From Anaerolineae bacterium (GTDB lineage Bacteria; Chloroflexota; Anaerolineae; UBA1429), in contig OY776562.1 in the NCBI GenBank assembly GCA_963675785.1, positions 3,072,001 through 3,136,000 on the forward strand: 64,000 bases of DNA. Reading direction: 5' to 3'. The position numbers and the translations under genes are program-made. Shown here one piece after another: positions 19,502-29,879 of the stretch. The notes beneath the pieces are model-generated. The model was not told the DNA's origin. It made no database searches and saw only the letters and a list, made by a program, of their open reading frames with translations. Position 1 is the first letter of the stretch; every line of letters begins with the position of its first letter.

Positions 19502-20344
19502 ATGCACGATCATGGCACACTCACACCTACAGTGATGACGGTTCAGCGCATTGTCGAAGAGACGCCCGATGTCAAAACCTTTCGACTGGCTCCGGTGGAT
19601 GTTGCGGATGGTAGCTGGCGCCACGCTTTTGATTCGGGCCAGTTTGGCCTGTTCTCGGTGTTTGGCCAGGGTGAGGCGCCCTTTGGGCTGGCCAGCTCGC
19701 CAACCCAAGTAGGCTATATCGAATGCTCTATCAAACGCCAGGGCAAGGTCACCGATGCCTTTCATGCGCTGGCTGAGGGTGACCAGGTGGGTTATCGCGG
19801 TCCCTATGGTCGGGGGTTTCCCTATGATGAACTGGTGCGCAAGAATGTGGTCTTTGTGGGGGGTGGCATTGGCTTGGCGCCCTTGCGTTCTCTCATCTGG
19901 AATTGCCTCGACAATCGCGCCGATTTCGGTGATTTGATCGTGGTTTACGGCGCACGTAGCACTGGCGATCTGGTGTACAAGCGCGAACTTGATCAGTGGT
20001 TGGCTCGTTCCGATATGCAAACGGTGTTAACGGTTGACCCCGGTGGACAGGATGAAGCCTGGCGTGGGAATGTTGGCTTTGTGCCTGCCGTTCTTGAAGA
20101 GGTTGCGCCTACGGTCGAGAATACCTTGGTGGTGACTTGCGGGCCGCCCATTATGATCAAATTTGTGGTGCAATCGCTGCTCAAGCTGGGCTTTGCGCCC
20201 GAGCAGATTATCACCAGCCTGGAAATGAAAATGAAATGCGGCATCGGCAAGTGCGGCCGCTGCAACATTGGGCATTTGTACGTCTGCAAGGATGGTCCCG
20301 TGTTTAGCTATGCTGAACTCAAGGATCTGCCGGACGAGTATTAG
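19502..20344 (+). CDS. FlxA / AsrB-like FAD/NAD-binding oxidoreductase with [2Fe-2S]
   Basis: RGPYGRGF, GGGIGLAPLRS, CGPPIM, MKCGIGKCGRC...VCKDGPVF. Confidence 0.9.
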   Translation: MHDHGTLTPTVMTVQRIVEETPDVKTFRLAPVDVADGSWRHAFDSGQFGLFSVFGQGEAPFGLASSPTQVGYIECSIKRQGKVTDAFHALAEGDQVGYRGPYGRGFPYDELVRKNVVFVGGGIGLAPLRSLIWNCLDNRADFGDLIVVYGARSTGDLVYKRELDQWLARSDMQTVLTVDPGGQDEAWRGNVGFVPAVLEEVAPTVENTLVVTCGPPIMIKFVVQSLLKLGFAPEQIITSLEMKMKCGIGKCGRCNIGHLYVCKDGPVFSYAELKDLPDEY

Positions 20345-20365
20345 GCTGCTTGGAGAGGGATATCA

Positions 20366-21265
20366 ATGAGTCGAGGAACGACACTCAAAACGAGTAATGC
20401 GGCCTATACTGAATTGCTTCGTCCTATGATCACTCGCCGCTACAGTCTGATCATCGATCATGAGCTCTGTTGCGGCTGCGATACCTGCGAGATCGTCTGT
20501 CCGCGCAAAGCCATCTCGCTTTCAGCGGCGGTGGTCGAGAATGGGCATGTGGTCGTCAAGGCCCGGGTCGAGCTGGATGAAACCAAATGCAGTTTTTGTG
20601 GTGAGTGCGCTGCGATTTGCCCAACCTGCGCCTTTCGCCTTACAGTAAATGGCGAGCCAGAGAATCCAGTGCTCAAGGCCAGCGTGTGGCCGCTCTTTCG
20701 CAAGCGCGTCAGCATAGATCAGGGCATTCTCTCTGAACATCTCGATGTGGACTATATCGAGCTTTGCCCGTCGGGAGCTATCTCGGCGGATGTGGAATGT
20801 GATGCCTCGGGTACTGTGACGGCGGTCAGCGATGTGCAGATCGACCGGCAGAGCTGCTTCAACTGCACGCGCTGCATGTTCAAGGGGCCAGAGGGTGGTT
20901 TCACCATCGAAAAGCCTTATGAGGGGCGCATCTTTTTGAAGGCAACCTTATGCCCTGAAGGCTGCCAGGCTTGTTCAGAGGTTTGCCCCAGCCATGCGCT
21001 CTATCTCCGTGATGGCGTGGTGGCGTTGGAAGCGCAATTCTGTATTTACTGCAAGGCCTGCACGCGTGTTTGCCCGGCTGAGGGTGCGCTGGAGGTTCGC
21101 CGCACCGGCTATCGCCATATGCCCATCGAATCGGGGGCTTGGCGTGTGGCGCTGGAAAAGCTGGTAGATATTCAGGCTGTCAAGCGCGAGTTGGGCCAAA
21201 AGACGCAGCAAAAAAGGCGCCAGGCTGTGGCCCAGCGCTTGCTTGGTGAAATGAAAGAAGAATAG
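20366..21265 (+). CDS. Polyferredoxin (FwdF-like)
   Basis: CCGCDTCEIVCP, CSFCGECAAICP, CPEGCQACSEVCP, CIYCKACTRVCP repeats. Confidence 0.75.
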   Translation: MSRGTTLKTSNAAYTELLRPMITRRYSLIIDHELCCGCDTCEIVCPRKAISLSAAVVENGHVVVKARVELDETKCSFCGECAAICPTCAFRLTVNGEPENPVLKASVWPLFRKRVSIDQGILSEHLDVDYIELCPSGAISADVECDASGTVTAVSDVQIDRQSCFNCTRCMFKGPEGGFTIEKPYEGRIFLKATLCPEGCQACSEVCPSHALYLRDGVVALEAQFCIYCKACTRVCPAEGALEVRRTGYRHMPIESGAWRVALEKLVDIQAVKRELGQKTQQKRRQAVAQRLLGEMKEE

Positions 21266-21277
21266 AGGGCTGCTGAT

Positions 21278-22765
21278 TTGCCCAAGGCAAATGAACTCGT
21301 AAAAGCACTAGATTGCCAATTGCTGGATTGGCACGATCAGGATATTACGGGAGTGGTTTGCGATTCGCGCCAAGCGGCGCCAGGCGCTTTGTATGTAGCC
21401 TATGGCGGCGTGAGCGTGGATGGGCATACCTATGCTGCTGCTGCGCATCATGCCGGGGCAGTCGCTTTTGTGCTCGAGCACGACATGCCCGAACTGGTCG
21501 GCCAACCGCGAGCCATTGTGCGTAGCGGTCGTGAGGCCTTTGCCCTGCTACAGGCAGCCCTACATGGCTACCCGGGGCGCCACCTCAAAGTCATTGGTGT
21601 AACCGGCACGGACGGTAAGACGACGACCTCGCGCCTCATTGCCAGCATTTTGTCTGCTGCTGGCAAGCAGGTTGGCACAGTAGACACCGTGGGCGCAACT
21701 ATCGCCGGTAAGGAAACCCCCACTGGCTTTCACACCACAACTCCTGATGCCCCCGAACTGCAAGAGTATTTGGCGCAAATGGTGGTTGCTGGCGTCGAGT
21801 ATGCGGTCATCGAAACCACTTCGCACGGCCTGGCCCAGCACCGCGTTACCGGGTCGGAATACGATGTCGCCGTGATGACCAACATCACTCACGAGCATTT
21901 GGATTTTCACGGCACCTTTGAGAACTATCGCGACGCCAAGGCCATGCTCTTTCGCTCGCTTTCGACCTCGGCGCACAAAGAGGGTATTGCCAAAACGGCG
22001 GTGCTTAACCGCGACGATCCCTCGTACACCTATTTGGCGGCTTTTTCTGCAGAGCGGCAGTTTGCTTATGGCCTGGAACTGGGCGATGTGACTGCCTCGG
22101 ATATTCGTTGCGCAGTGGACGGGCTGGACTTTATCCTCAATCTGCCCGATGAGCAGATAGCCATTCATTCGCCGCTGGTGGGACGCTATAACATCAGCAA
22201 CATTCTGGCGGCAGCAACGGCTGCTTGGTCGTTGGAAATTCCTGGGGATGTTATTGCCAAGGGCGTGGCGGCGGTGGGGCATATCGAGGGGCGCTGGAAT
22301 GTGATCAATTGCGGCCAACCGTTTTCGGTAGTAGTGGATTTTGCCCACACGCCCAATGCGCTGCTTCAGGTCTTAACTACCGCCCGTGATCTCACCTCAG
22401 GGCGAGTTGCTGTGGTGTTTGGCTGCGCCGGTCTACGTGATAGGACCAAGCGCCCTGCCATGGGCAAGATAGCCAGCGATCTGGCCGATTTGGTGGTGCT
22501 GACAGCCGAGGACCCACGAACGGAATCCCTCGATGAGATCATCGAGCAGATTGCAGCCGGGTTTTCGAATCCTAACACCCTCTGCTGGCGCGAGCCCGAC
22601 AGGGCAAAAGCAATCGCCCGGGCCCTGGGATGGGCTAGACCGGGCGATCTTGTGATTGTGACAGGCAAAGGCCACGAACAATCGATGTGCTTTGGCACTG
22701 AGGAAACACCTTGGAGTGACAAAGAAACGGTCCTCAGCGCGCTTGCTTCATTGGGTTATTGCTAA
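21278..22765 (+). CDS. murE: UDP-MurNAc-L-Ala-D-Glu--meso-DAP ligase
   Basis: GVTGTDGKTT, TTPD, ETTSHGL, HEHLDFH, DFAHTP, EDPR, GKGHE. Confidence 0.93.
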   Translation: MPKANELVKALDCQLLDWHDQDITGVVCDSRQAAPGALYVAYGGVSVDGHTYAAAAHHAGAVAFVLEHDMPELVGQPRAIVRSGREAFALLQAALHGYPGRHLKVIGVTGTDGKTTTSRLIASILSAAGKQVGTVDTVGATIAGKETPTGFHTTTPDAPELQEYLAQMVVAGVEYAVIETTSHGLAQHRVTGSEYDVAVMTNITHEHLDFHGTFENYRDAKAMLFRSLSTSAHKEGIAKTAVLNRDDPSYTYLAAFSAERQFAYGLELGDVTASDIRCAVDGLDFILNLPDEQIAIHSPLVGRYNISNILAAATAAWSLEIPGDVIAKGVAAVGHIEGRWNVINCGQPFSVVVDFAHTPNALLQVLTTARDLTSGRVAVVFGCAGLRDRTKRPAMGKIASDLADLVVLTAEDPRTESLDEIIEQIAAGFSNPNTLCWREPDRAKAIARALGWARPGDLVIVTGKGHEQSMCFGTEETPWSDKETVLSALASLGYC

Positions 22766-23376
22766 CGCACCTTGCAGGTCAGCAGAATTTCCCCTTCATT
22801 GACGCGAACATCGGTCAACTCGAAAGCCGCCAGTTCGTCAGCCTCTTCCAGTGGAAGGTGGATGCCGTCTTCTGTAGAGATATCCTCTAGCGCCTCTTCG
22901 ATGGTCTTTTCTAGCAGCACATCTGTCAAGCTTCTGCTGCCCCCCTCTCCCACCTGAAGATCCTGGATCTGAAAATAAACCATACCATCCACAATCTGTG
23001 GCATTCCTTCAAGGGTCACTTGAATGGTAGCATCAACATCTTCAATGGCCACCTGGGCTATGAGGCGTATGAGATCAGGTTCCAGTTCGATTTGGCTTCC
23101 GGCTAGGGTGATGCCTTCGTAACTCTTGGCCAGATCCTGGGCATTTTGGATCACATAATCCTCGGTGACGCGTATGGTAAACACATCTCCCGATTCAAAG
23201 TTCTTATCATCCAGTTCCTCCAACTCCAATATTTGCTCTGGAGGAATCGTTGGACGTGGCGTTGGTGATGGCGTAGGCGTGGGTTCTGTTGGCTTGGAAA
23301 TACCCAGCAAACTACAACCGCTGATGACAATAACAAGACAGGCAAGAAGCAAAAATGTCGTCAAACGTCTAATCAT
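22762..23376 (-). CDS. Hypothetical lipoprotein
   Basis: Signal peptide with lipobox ISGC, Pro/Thr-rich linker, acidic domain. Confidence 0.7.
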   Translation of the reverse strand: MIRRLTTFLLLACLVIVISGCSLLGISKPTEPTPTPSPTPRPTIPPEQILELEELDDKNFESGDVFTIRVTEDYVIQNAQDLAKSYEGITLAGSQIELEPDLIRLIAQVAIEDVDATIQVTLEGMPQIVDGMVYFQIQDLQVGEGGSRSLTDVLLEKTIEEALEDISTEDGIHLPLEEADELAAFELTDVRVNEGEILLTCKVR

Positions 23377-23384
23377 GGGTTCCT

Positions 23385-24497
23385 CTACAAGAGTTGTTCG
23401 ATCTCTTTGATTTCAAGGCCAAAAGCATGGCCTACTGCAGGGTGGACGAGTTCTCCACCGATGACATTGATCCCTTTACGCAGGGCTGTATCGGTCTGTA
23501 TCGCCACTTTGTATCCTTTGTTGGCGATCGCTCGGGCGTATGGAAGTGTAGCATTTGCCAGAGCCATAGTAGCCGTGCGAGGCACAGCACCGGGGATATT
23601 GGGCACGGCATAGTGCAATACACCATCTACAGTATAGGTTGGATCTGAGTGTGAGGTCGGATGGATGGTCTCGATACATCCGCCCTGATCCACAGCAACG
23701 TCGATAACCACAGAACCAGGAGTCATCTGCGAGATCATATCCTGATCTACCAGAATCGGAGCCCGATCACCCGGAACCAGCACCGCTCCGATGAGTATCT
23801 CGGCTCGGCGTGTGGCCTCCATGATGTTGCGTCGGTTGGAGGCAATGGTCATGCGGCTGCCCGCAAGCACATGATCCAGATAACGCAATCGATCGATGTT
23901 GATATCGATAATGGTAACGCGTGCTCCCATGCCTAACGCGATTTGGGCAGCGTTGGTTCCCACCACGCCGCCGCCTACAATCACCACGCTGGCAGGGCGC
24001 ACACCGGGCACACCAGAGAGCAGAATGCCGCGACCGCCATTGTTCTTTTGCAGGTAATGAGCACCAATTTGGACGGCCATGCGGCCGGCAATTTCACTCA
24101 TGGGCGTGAGCAAAGGTAAACTGCCGTTGGCAAGCTGCACTGTCTCATAACCAATGCCGATCACTTTGCGGTCGAGCAAGGCATAAGTGAGTTCCTCGCA
24201 GGCGGCCAGATGCAAATAGGTAAAGAGGATTTGTCCCTCTTTGAGCAGCGCATACTCTGAAGGGAGGGGCTCTTTGACTTTGATGATCATCTCGGCTTGA
24301 TCAAATAGTTCCTTTGCCTTCTCGATGATCAAAGCGCCCGCCTCGACGTATTCGGCATCCACAAAGCCACTGCCCATGCCTGCGTTTCTTTCTAACAAGA
24401 CCTTGTGTCCGTCATGGACTAGTGTCTCGACGCCGCCCGGTGTCATGGCTACACGATACTCTTGATCCTTGATCTCGCGCGGAATGCCAATGATCAT
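23385..24497 (-). CDS. ald: Alanine dehydrogenase
   Basis: IGIPREIK..EYRV, FTYLHLAA, MSEIAGR, DVAVDQGGC, NIPGAVPRT. Confidence 0.97.
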   Translation of the reverse strand: MIIGIPREIKDQEYRVAMTPGGVETLVHDGHKVLLERNAGMGSGFVDAEYVEAGALIIEKAKELFDQAEMIIKVKEPLPSEYALLKEGQILFTYLHLAACEELTYALLDRKVIGIGYETVQLANGSLPLLTPMSEIAGRMAVQIGAHYLQKNNGGRGILLSGVPGVRPASVVIVGGGVVGTNAAQIALGMGARVTIIDINIDRLRYLDHVLAGSRMTIASNRRNIMEATRRAEILIGAVLVPGDRAPILVDQDMISQMTPGSVVIDVAVDQGGCIETIHPTSHSDPTYTVDGVLHYAVPNIPGAVPRTATMALANATLPYARAIANKGYKVAIQTDTALRKGINVIGGELVHPAVGHAFGLEIKEIEQLL

Positions 24498-24558
24498 TTT
24501 TTTTGCCTCTTGCTATCAATTGGACGGCGAGCAAAACGATGTCCGTCAGTCTAGGGTA

Positions 24559-26013
24559 TTAGAGCGCTGGCTGCTTCTTGTGCCAGTCAGTTGCCTTTTC
24601 GTAGGCGTCGGCCACACGCAGAATGGTCTCTTCTTGGAAGGCACCGCCCATGATTTGCAGGCCAATAGGTAGGCCGTTGTCAAAGCCGCAGGGAATCGAG
24701 ATGCCGCACACGCCGGCTAGGTTCAAGGATAGCGTAAAGATGTCCGAGAGGTACATCTCCAGTGGATCATCCATCTTTTCGCCGATGCGGAAGGCGACGT
24801 TAGGCGCAGTAGGCACCAGAATAGCATCGCACTGTTCTAGTGCTTGGTCGTAATCCTGCTTGATGAGCGTGCGTACCTTTTGTGCTTTGAGATAGTAAGC
24901 ATCGTAGTAACCGGTCGAGAGGGCATAGGTGCCTAACATGATACGCCGTTTGACCTCAGGCCCCAGGCCCTGTTCGCGCGTCTTGCGGAAGGTGTCCCAC
25001 ATTTCATTGATATCGGGAGCCGAAAAGCCGTAACGAATGCCATCATAACGGGCTAGGTTAGCCGAAGCCTCGGCAGGGGCCAGTAGATAGTATACGGGCA
25101 GCGCGTACTCGGTGTGCGGCATGGAGATATCGACGATTTCTGCACCTAGGTCTTTAAGGACACCCAGGGCATCACGCACAGCTGTTTCCACGACGGGGTT
25201 CATTCCCTCGACAAAATACTCGCGAGGCACGCCAAAGCGCATCCCCTCAACCTTGCCGCTCAAAGCTTGCTCGTAATTGGGCACGGGCCTGTCGATGGAG
25301 GTCGAGTCTTTGGGGTCATAACCGGCCATGGTGCCCAGCAGCAGGGCGGCGTCGCGCACATCTTTGGTGATAGCGCCGATTTGATCGAGCGAAGAGGCAA
25401 ATGCCACCAGCCCATAGCGCGAGATGCGCCCGTAGGTGGGTTTGATGCCCACCACGCCGCAATAAGAAGCGGGCTGACGGACGCTTCCGCCTGTATCGGT
25501 GCCCAATGCCCCCAGGCACTCGTTTGCGGCTACGGCAGCAGCGCTTCCGCCGCTGGAACCACCCGGCACATAGTCGGTATTCCAGGGGTTGTGGGTAACA
25601 AAATAGCCCGAGTTCTCTGTTGAAGAACCCATGGCAAACTCATCGGTGTTCGTCTTGCCCAGCATGACCATGCCGGCTTCTTCGAGTTTCTTTACGGCCG
25701 TACCCGTATAGGGCGGGATGAACCCCTCTAGAATGCGTGAACCACAGGTCGTTTGTACGCCCTCGGTGCAGAGCACATCCTTGATGGCCATAGGGATGCC
25801 CAAAAGAGGTGTTGATTCACCAGCAGCCAGGCGCTTGTCTGCCTCAGAGGCTTGTTCAAGTGCGCCTTCTTTGGTCAGGGTGATATAAGCCCTGATACGT
25901 GGATCGACCAAGTCGATACGATTTAGAACAGACTCGGTTAATTCAGTCGAAGTAATCTCACCAGCAGCGAGTAGCTCTCGCGCTTCATGGATGGTCAGTT
26001 CATAGAGTTCCAA
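24559..26013 (-). CDS. gatA: Asp/Glu-tRNA amidotransferase subunit A
   Basis: [44 protein letters not shown]. Confidence 0.97.
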   Translation of the reverse strand: MELYELTIHEARELLAAGEITSTELTESVLNRIDLVDPRIRAYITLTKEGALEQASEADKRLAAGESTPLLGIPMAIKDVLCTEGVQTTCGSRILEGFIPPYTGTAVKKLEEAGMVMLGKTNTDEFAMGSSTENSGYFVTHNPWNTDYVPGGSSGGSAAAVAANECLGALGTDTGGSVRQPASYCGVVGIKPTYGRISRYGLVAFASSLDQIGAITKDVRDAALLLGTMAGYDPKDSTSIDRPVPNYEQALSGKVEGMRFGVPREYFVEGMNPVVETAVRDALGVLKDLGAEIVDISMPHTEYALPVYYLLAPAEASANLARYDGIRYGFSAPDINEMWDTFRKTREQGLGPEVKRRIMLGTYALSTGYYDAYYLKAQKVRTLIKQDYDQALEQCDAILVPTAPNVAFRIGEKMDDPLEMYLSDIFTLSLNLAGVCGISIPCGFDNGLPIGLQIMGGAFQEETILRVADAYEKATDWHKKQPAL

Positions 26014-26052
26014 CGTTCTTGCCTCCGTGCTATCAGCTTTTATGCTCGCAGC

Positions 26053-26352
26053 CTAATCATCCTGGTTATCAAAAATCGCCTTGACGCGCACATAATCCCC
26101 ATTGCGGTCAGGGGCATTAGCCAGGGCTTGATCCACGGAAAGGGATTCAGTAACCGTATCGGAGCGAGTGACATTGGATACTTTTATAACCTGAGCCGTT
26201 GGGGCAATGGCTGATGTATCGAGTTTGTTCAACCTCTCGGCGTACTCTAGAATGTCCGAAAGTTGCTCGGCAAATATCTCTGTCTCTTGTTCGTTAATAC
26301 CCAGTTTGGCCAGTTCAGCAATGTGAAGCACTTGCTCTCGACTCAGTTTCAC
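26053..26352 (-). CDS. gatC: Asp/Glu-tRNA amidotransferase subunit C
   Basis: GTG start MKLSREQVLHIAELAKL...LANAP; upstream of gatA. Confidence 0.93.
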   Translation of the reverse strand: MKLSREQVLHIAELAKLGINEQETEIFAEQLSDILEYAERLNKLDTSAIAPTAQVIKVSNVTRSDTVTESLSVDQALANAPDRNGDYVRVKAIFDNQDD

Positions 26353-26483
26353 AAAGGGCCTCCAATCCAACTTTTTAACGTAGGAATTATAGCATCCGAC
26401 TTGTAGTGAGCCAAGTATTCTTGGTTGCTGGGTGGTGGTCAGCGTGTATAATGTTTCGAGCGTTCTGATTGGGAGAATTGAAC

Positions 26484-27662
26484 ATGTCAAATAAACGTAC
26501 ATTGATAGGCTTGGCCATTGGTCATGGCGCTCATGACACTTGGTACGGCGTAGCACCCATTTTACTGGCGAGTCTTAGCGGCGAAATGGCTCTTTCCAAT
26601 GCTGCCATTGCCCAAATACTGTTACTCTATCAACTGCTTTCTTCCTTTACTCAGCCTTTCTTTGGGCGTTTGAGCGAAAAAATTGGCGGCCGCCCCCTGG
26701 CTGTCATCTCTATCATTTGGACGACTTGCATGTTTAGTATCGCCCTATTTGTAAATACCACTTGGGCACTGAGTCTCTGTATCTTTTTGGCTGGATTGGG
26801 TAGTGGAGCATTTCACCCGCAGGCTGCGGCCAACGCCACGGCGGCTGGGGGCCAACGCTACGGCGCTACGGCCATGTCACTTTTCTTCTTGGGAGGTACG
26901 GGCGGCTCGGCATTATTGGGTGCTGCCCTCGGTGGTTACCTCATTGAGAATTTTGGCCGCACCTCACTTCTGGTGATTTCTGCAACAACTATCTTGATTG
27001 CCCTCACGGTTGTGCGCTCGTCGACACCTCGCACTATGCCGGTATTGGCGGATGCCACCAAAGAGAACAAAATAGCATCTAAGGGCAAAGTTTTATGGAT
27101 TCCTGTAGCCCTACTGTTGTTGGTGATGGCCGTGCGCGGCTTGTCTCAAAACGCCATTACTACCTTTGTGCCCAAGTTCCAGGAGGATATGGGTGTTGCC
27201 GCTAGCGTCTATGGCTTGCTGATGTCCATGTACATGATTGCTAATGCATTGGGCGGCGTCCTAGGATCTTTCCTGGCGGATCGTCTCGATTTTCGGACCA
27301 TCCTAACGGGAGCCATTATAGGCAGCGGCCTGTTATTGTGGGGGTCTAATGTAACTACGGGCTTTGCCAGCCAGGCGTTGTTCGTCCTCTCAGGCTTTAT
27401 CATGGGGCCAGCGCATACGCTGTTGATTCGCACGGGTCAGCGCCGATTCCCCAGCAGCCTGGCTACTGCCTCCGGGTTTTTCATGGGCTTTACTTTTGTT
27501 ACCAGTGCGGGTGGAGCCTGGCTACTGGGCTTGTTGGCCGATCAGCGTTCGCTAAGTTTGGTCATGCAGATGTTGCCCTGGCTGATGCTCATCTCGGGCG
27601 TACTAGTCATTCCTGCCATCTGGGATATCAAGCCGAAATCTGCTCAAGCTGTTACCGAATGA
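26484..27662 (+). CDS. MFS transporter (Fsr-like)
   Basis: About 12 TM helices, QPFFGRLSE, GLGSGAFHP. Confidence 0.85.
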   Translation: MSNKRTLIGLAIGHGAHDTWYGVAPILLASLSGEMALSNAAIAQILLLYQLLSSFTQPFFGRLSEKIGGRPLAVISIIWTTCMFSIALFVNTTWALSLCIFLAGLGSGAFHPQAAANATAAGGQRYGATAMSLFFLGGTGGSALLGAALGGYLIENFGRTSLLVISATTILIALTVVRSSTPRTMPVLADATKENKIASKGKVLWIPVALLLLVMAVRGLSQNAITTFVPKFQEDMGVAASVYGLLMSMYMIANALGGVLGSFLADRLDFRTILTGAIIGSGLLLWGSNVTTGFASQALFVLSGFIMGPAHTLLIRTGQRRFPSSLATASGFFMGFTFVTSAGGAWLLGLLADQRSLSLVMQMLPWLMLISGVLVIPAIWDIKPKSAQAVTE

Positions 27663-27684
27663 GCGCATAATCGGGAGTGAAGAC

Positions 27685-28401
27685 ATGTTTATCAACCTGA
27701 CCGAACGCGTTGGCTATCTGACGCACAGCGAGGATACGGATCGTCCGACTCTTGGATACGTGCGAGGAGATCGGCACGTGCTTATGATTGATGCGGGCAA
27801 TTCTGCCGCTCATGTGCAGCTGTTCAACTCTGAATTGCAGAGCCGAGGATTGCCGCTTCCCGATATGGTAGCCTTGACTCACTGGCACTGGGACCACACG
27901 TTCGGCCTCGCTTTTGTTGATGCGGTTTCCTTCTCTTCACGCCTTACCAATGAGCAGCTTTCTAGCATGTTGAGCTGGACTTGGGATGACCCGTCCATGG
28001 ACGCACGTGTAGTCAGCGGCTGGGATTCAGCCTTCTGCAACGAAATGATTCGTGCCGAGTATCCGAATAGGGACGAGATCGTGATATCGACTGCCGACGT
28101 GGTGTTTGATGATCGTCTCACTCTCGATCTCGGCGGTGTTACTTGTGAGATGGCTCGCAAGCGCTGCCCGCACTCTGAGGACTCTGTATTGGTGCACGTC
28201 TGCAAAGAGGACGTGCTGTTTCTCGGCGATGCTCTCTGTGGCGATGGGCATGGTTGGATCAAGGATGGCCCGCAGAGAGAGCGTGAGCTTTTGGATGCGC
28301 TCAAGGCTCTCGAGTTCTCTCTGGCTGTCGTTGGCCATGCTGAGCATGCAACTAAAGCGGAACTGATTGCTGAGCTGGAGGAAGAGCTGGGTGAGCTTTG
28401 A
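27685..28401 (+). CDS. Metallo-beta-lactamase-fold hydrolase
   Basis: THWHWDH, HSEDS, FLGD, GH motifs. Confidence 0.85.
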   Translation: MFINLTERVGYLTHSEDTDRPTLGYVRGDRHVLMIDAGNSAAHVQLFNSELQSRGLPLPDMVALTHWHWDHTFGLAFVDAVSFSSRLTNEQLSSMLSWTWDDPSMDARVVSGWDSAFCNEMIRAEYPNRDEIVISTADVVFDDRLTLDLGGVTCEMARKRCPHSEDSVLVHVCKEDVLFLGDALCGDGHGWIKDGPQRERELLDALKALEFSLAVVGHAEHATKAELIAELEEELGEL

Positions 28402-28783
28402 CGAGCTGTTCCGGATCGCGGTTTCGACGCTGCATCCGCGCATTCTGTCTGATTCCGCAGACGCAGGTGGTGTAGCAGCCGCCCTCGAAACGGATTCTGG
28501 GCGGGTCTACACTGGCGTCTGCATCGATACGGCGTGTTCGCTAGGTTTCTGTGCCGAACATGCGGCGATCGCTGCTATGGTGACTGCTGGCGAGAACCGC
28601 ATCATCAAGATCGTTGCAGTGGGTAGTAACGGTGAGGTTATGCCGCCCTGTGGCCGCTGTCGTGAATTCATTGCCCAGGTGCACAAAGACAACATGAGTA
28701 CGCAGGTGATGGTTGCCCAAGGCGTAGTGGTTACCTTGCGTGAACTTTTACCCTTTTACTGGCGCGACACAGAGTTTTGCTAA
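28391..28783 (+). CDS. Cytidine deaminase family protein
   Basis: CAEHAAI and PPCGRCRE Zn motifs. Confidence 0.88.
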   Translation: MSFDELFRIAVSTLHPRILSDSADAGGVAAALETDSGRVYTGVCIDTACSLGFCAEHAAIAAMVTAGENRIIKIVAVGSNGEVMPPCGRCREFIAQVHKDNMSTQVMVAQGVVVTLRELLPFYWRDTEFC

Positions 28784-28793
28784 TAACTCTAAA

Positions 28794-28828
28794 CAAAAGG
28801 CTCGCCACATATGTGGCGAGCCTTTTTT
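28794..28828. terminator. Bidirectional terminator
   Basis: AAAAGGCTCGCCAC-ATAT-GTGGCGAGCCTTTT between convergent genes. Confidence 0.85.
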
Positions 28829-28840
28829 CTTGTCAGGTTC

Positions 28841-29860
28841 CTAGAGGTTGGCGATGATGGCATTAGCCATCTCAAAAGTGCCGACAGCAGTGGGATCATC
28901 GCGGTTAGATTTGAGGTCATAGGTGACGCTTTCGCCCTTGGCAATGACGGTTTCCACGGCACGTTCAATACGTTCAGCCGCATCCTTTTCCCCCAGCCAG
29001 TTCAGCATCAGTGCACCCGATCGGATGGTGGCTGTGGGGTTAACCTTGTTCATGCCGGTGTACTTGGGGGCTGAGCCGTGAACGGGCTCAAATACGGCAA
29101 TGCCATCGCCGATGTTGGCGCCAGGTGTCACACCCAGCCCGCCGACGAGGCCTGAGCAAAGGTCACTGATGATATCGCCAAACAGGTTGGGCAGCACTAA
29201 CACGTCGTATTCATGAGGCCGCTGCACCAGTTGCATACAAGCGTTATCCACAATACGGTCGTTAAAGGCAATATCGGGATATTCCGCGGCAACCTTTTGG
29301 GCTGTGCCCAGGAACAGGCCGTCGGTGAGTTTGAGAATGTTGGCCTTGTGGATAGCCGTCACTTGCTTGCGGCCGTTGTTACGTGCGTATTCAAAAGCAA
29401 AACGCACGATGCGCTCGCTAGCTTTGCGGGTGATGATGCGGATGGCCTCGGCGGCTTCGCCCGCAATAACCTCGTGCTCAATGCCGACATAGAGCCCTTC
29501 GGTGTTCTCGCGCACAATGACGAGATCAATGTCGTCATAGCGTGAGGCGACGCCGGGAATCGTCTTGGCAGGGCGCAGGTTGGCATAGAGGTCCAGCGCT
29601 TTACGCAAGGCTACGTTGACACTGCGAAAGCCCTTGCCCACTGGCGTGGTGACGGGGCCCTTGATGCCGACGCCGTTTTTGCGCACGGATTCGAGTACGT
29701 GATCGGGCAGGGGCGTGCCGTACTTGTCTATGACGGCCTCACCGGCTTCTTGGACATCCCAATCGATTTTGACTCCGGTGGCGTCGACGACGCGGCGCAT
29801 GGCATCGGATACTTCGGGCCCGATGCCGTCACCGGGGATAAGTGTTACTGTGTAACCCAT
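28841..29860 (-). CDS. icd: Isocitrate dehydrogenase (NAD-type, IDH/IPMDH family)
   Basis: [47 protein letters not shown]; adjacent to aconitase. Confidence 0.8.
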   Translation of the reverse strand: MGYTVTLIPGDGIGPEVSDAMRRVVDATGVKIDWDVQEAGEAVIDKYGTPLPDHVLESVRKNGVGIKGPVTTPVGKGFRSVNVALRKALDLYANLRPAKTIPGVASRYDDIDLVIVRENTEGLYVGIEHEVIAGEAAEAIRIITRKASERIVRFAFEYARNNGRKQVTAIHKANILKLTDGLFLGTAQKVAAEYPDIAFNDRIVDNACMQLVQRPHEYDVLVLPNLFGDIISDLCSGLVGGLGVTPGANIGDGIAVFEPVHGSAPKYTGMNKVNPTATIRSGALMLNWLGEKDAAERIERAVETVIAKGESVTYDLKSNRDDPTAVGTFEMANAIIANL

Positions 29861-29879
29861 AGCAATATCTCCTCTTGTT

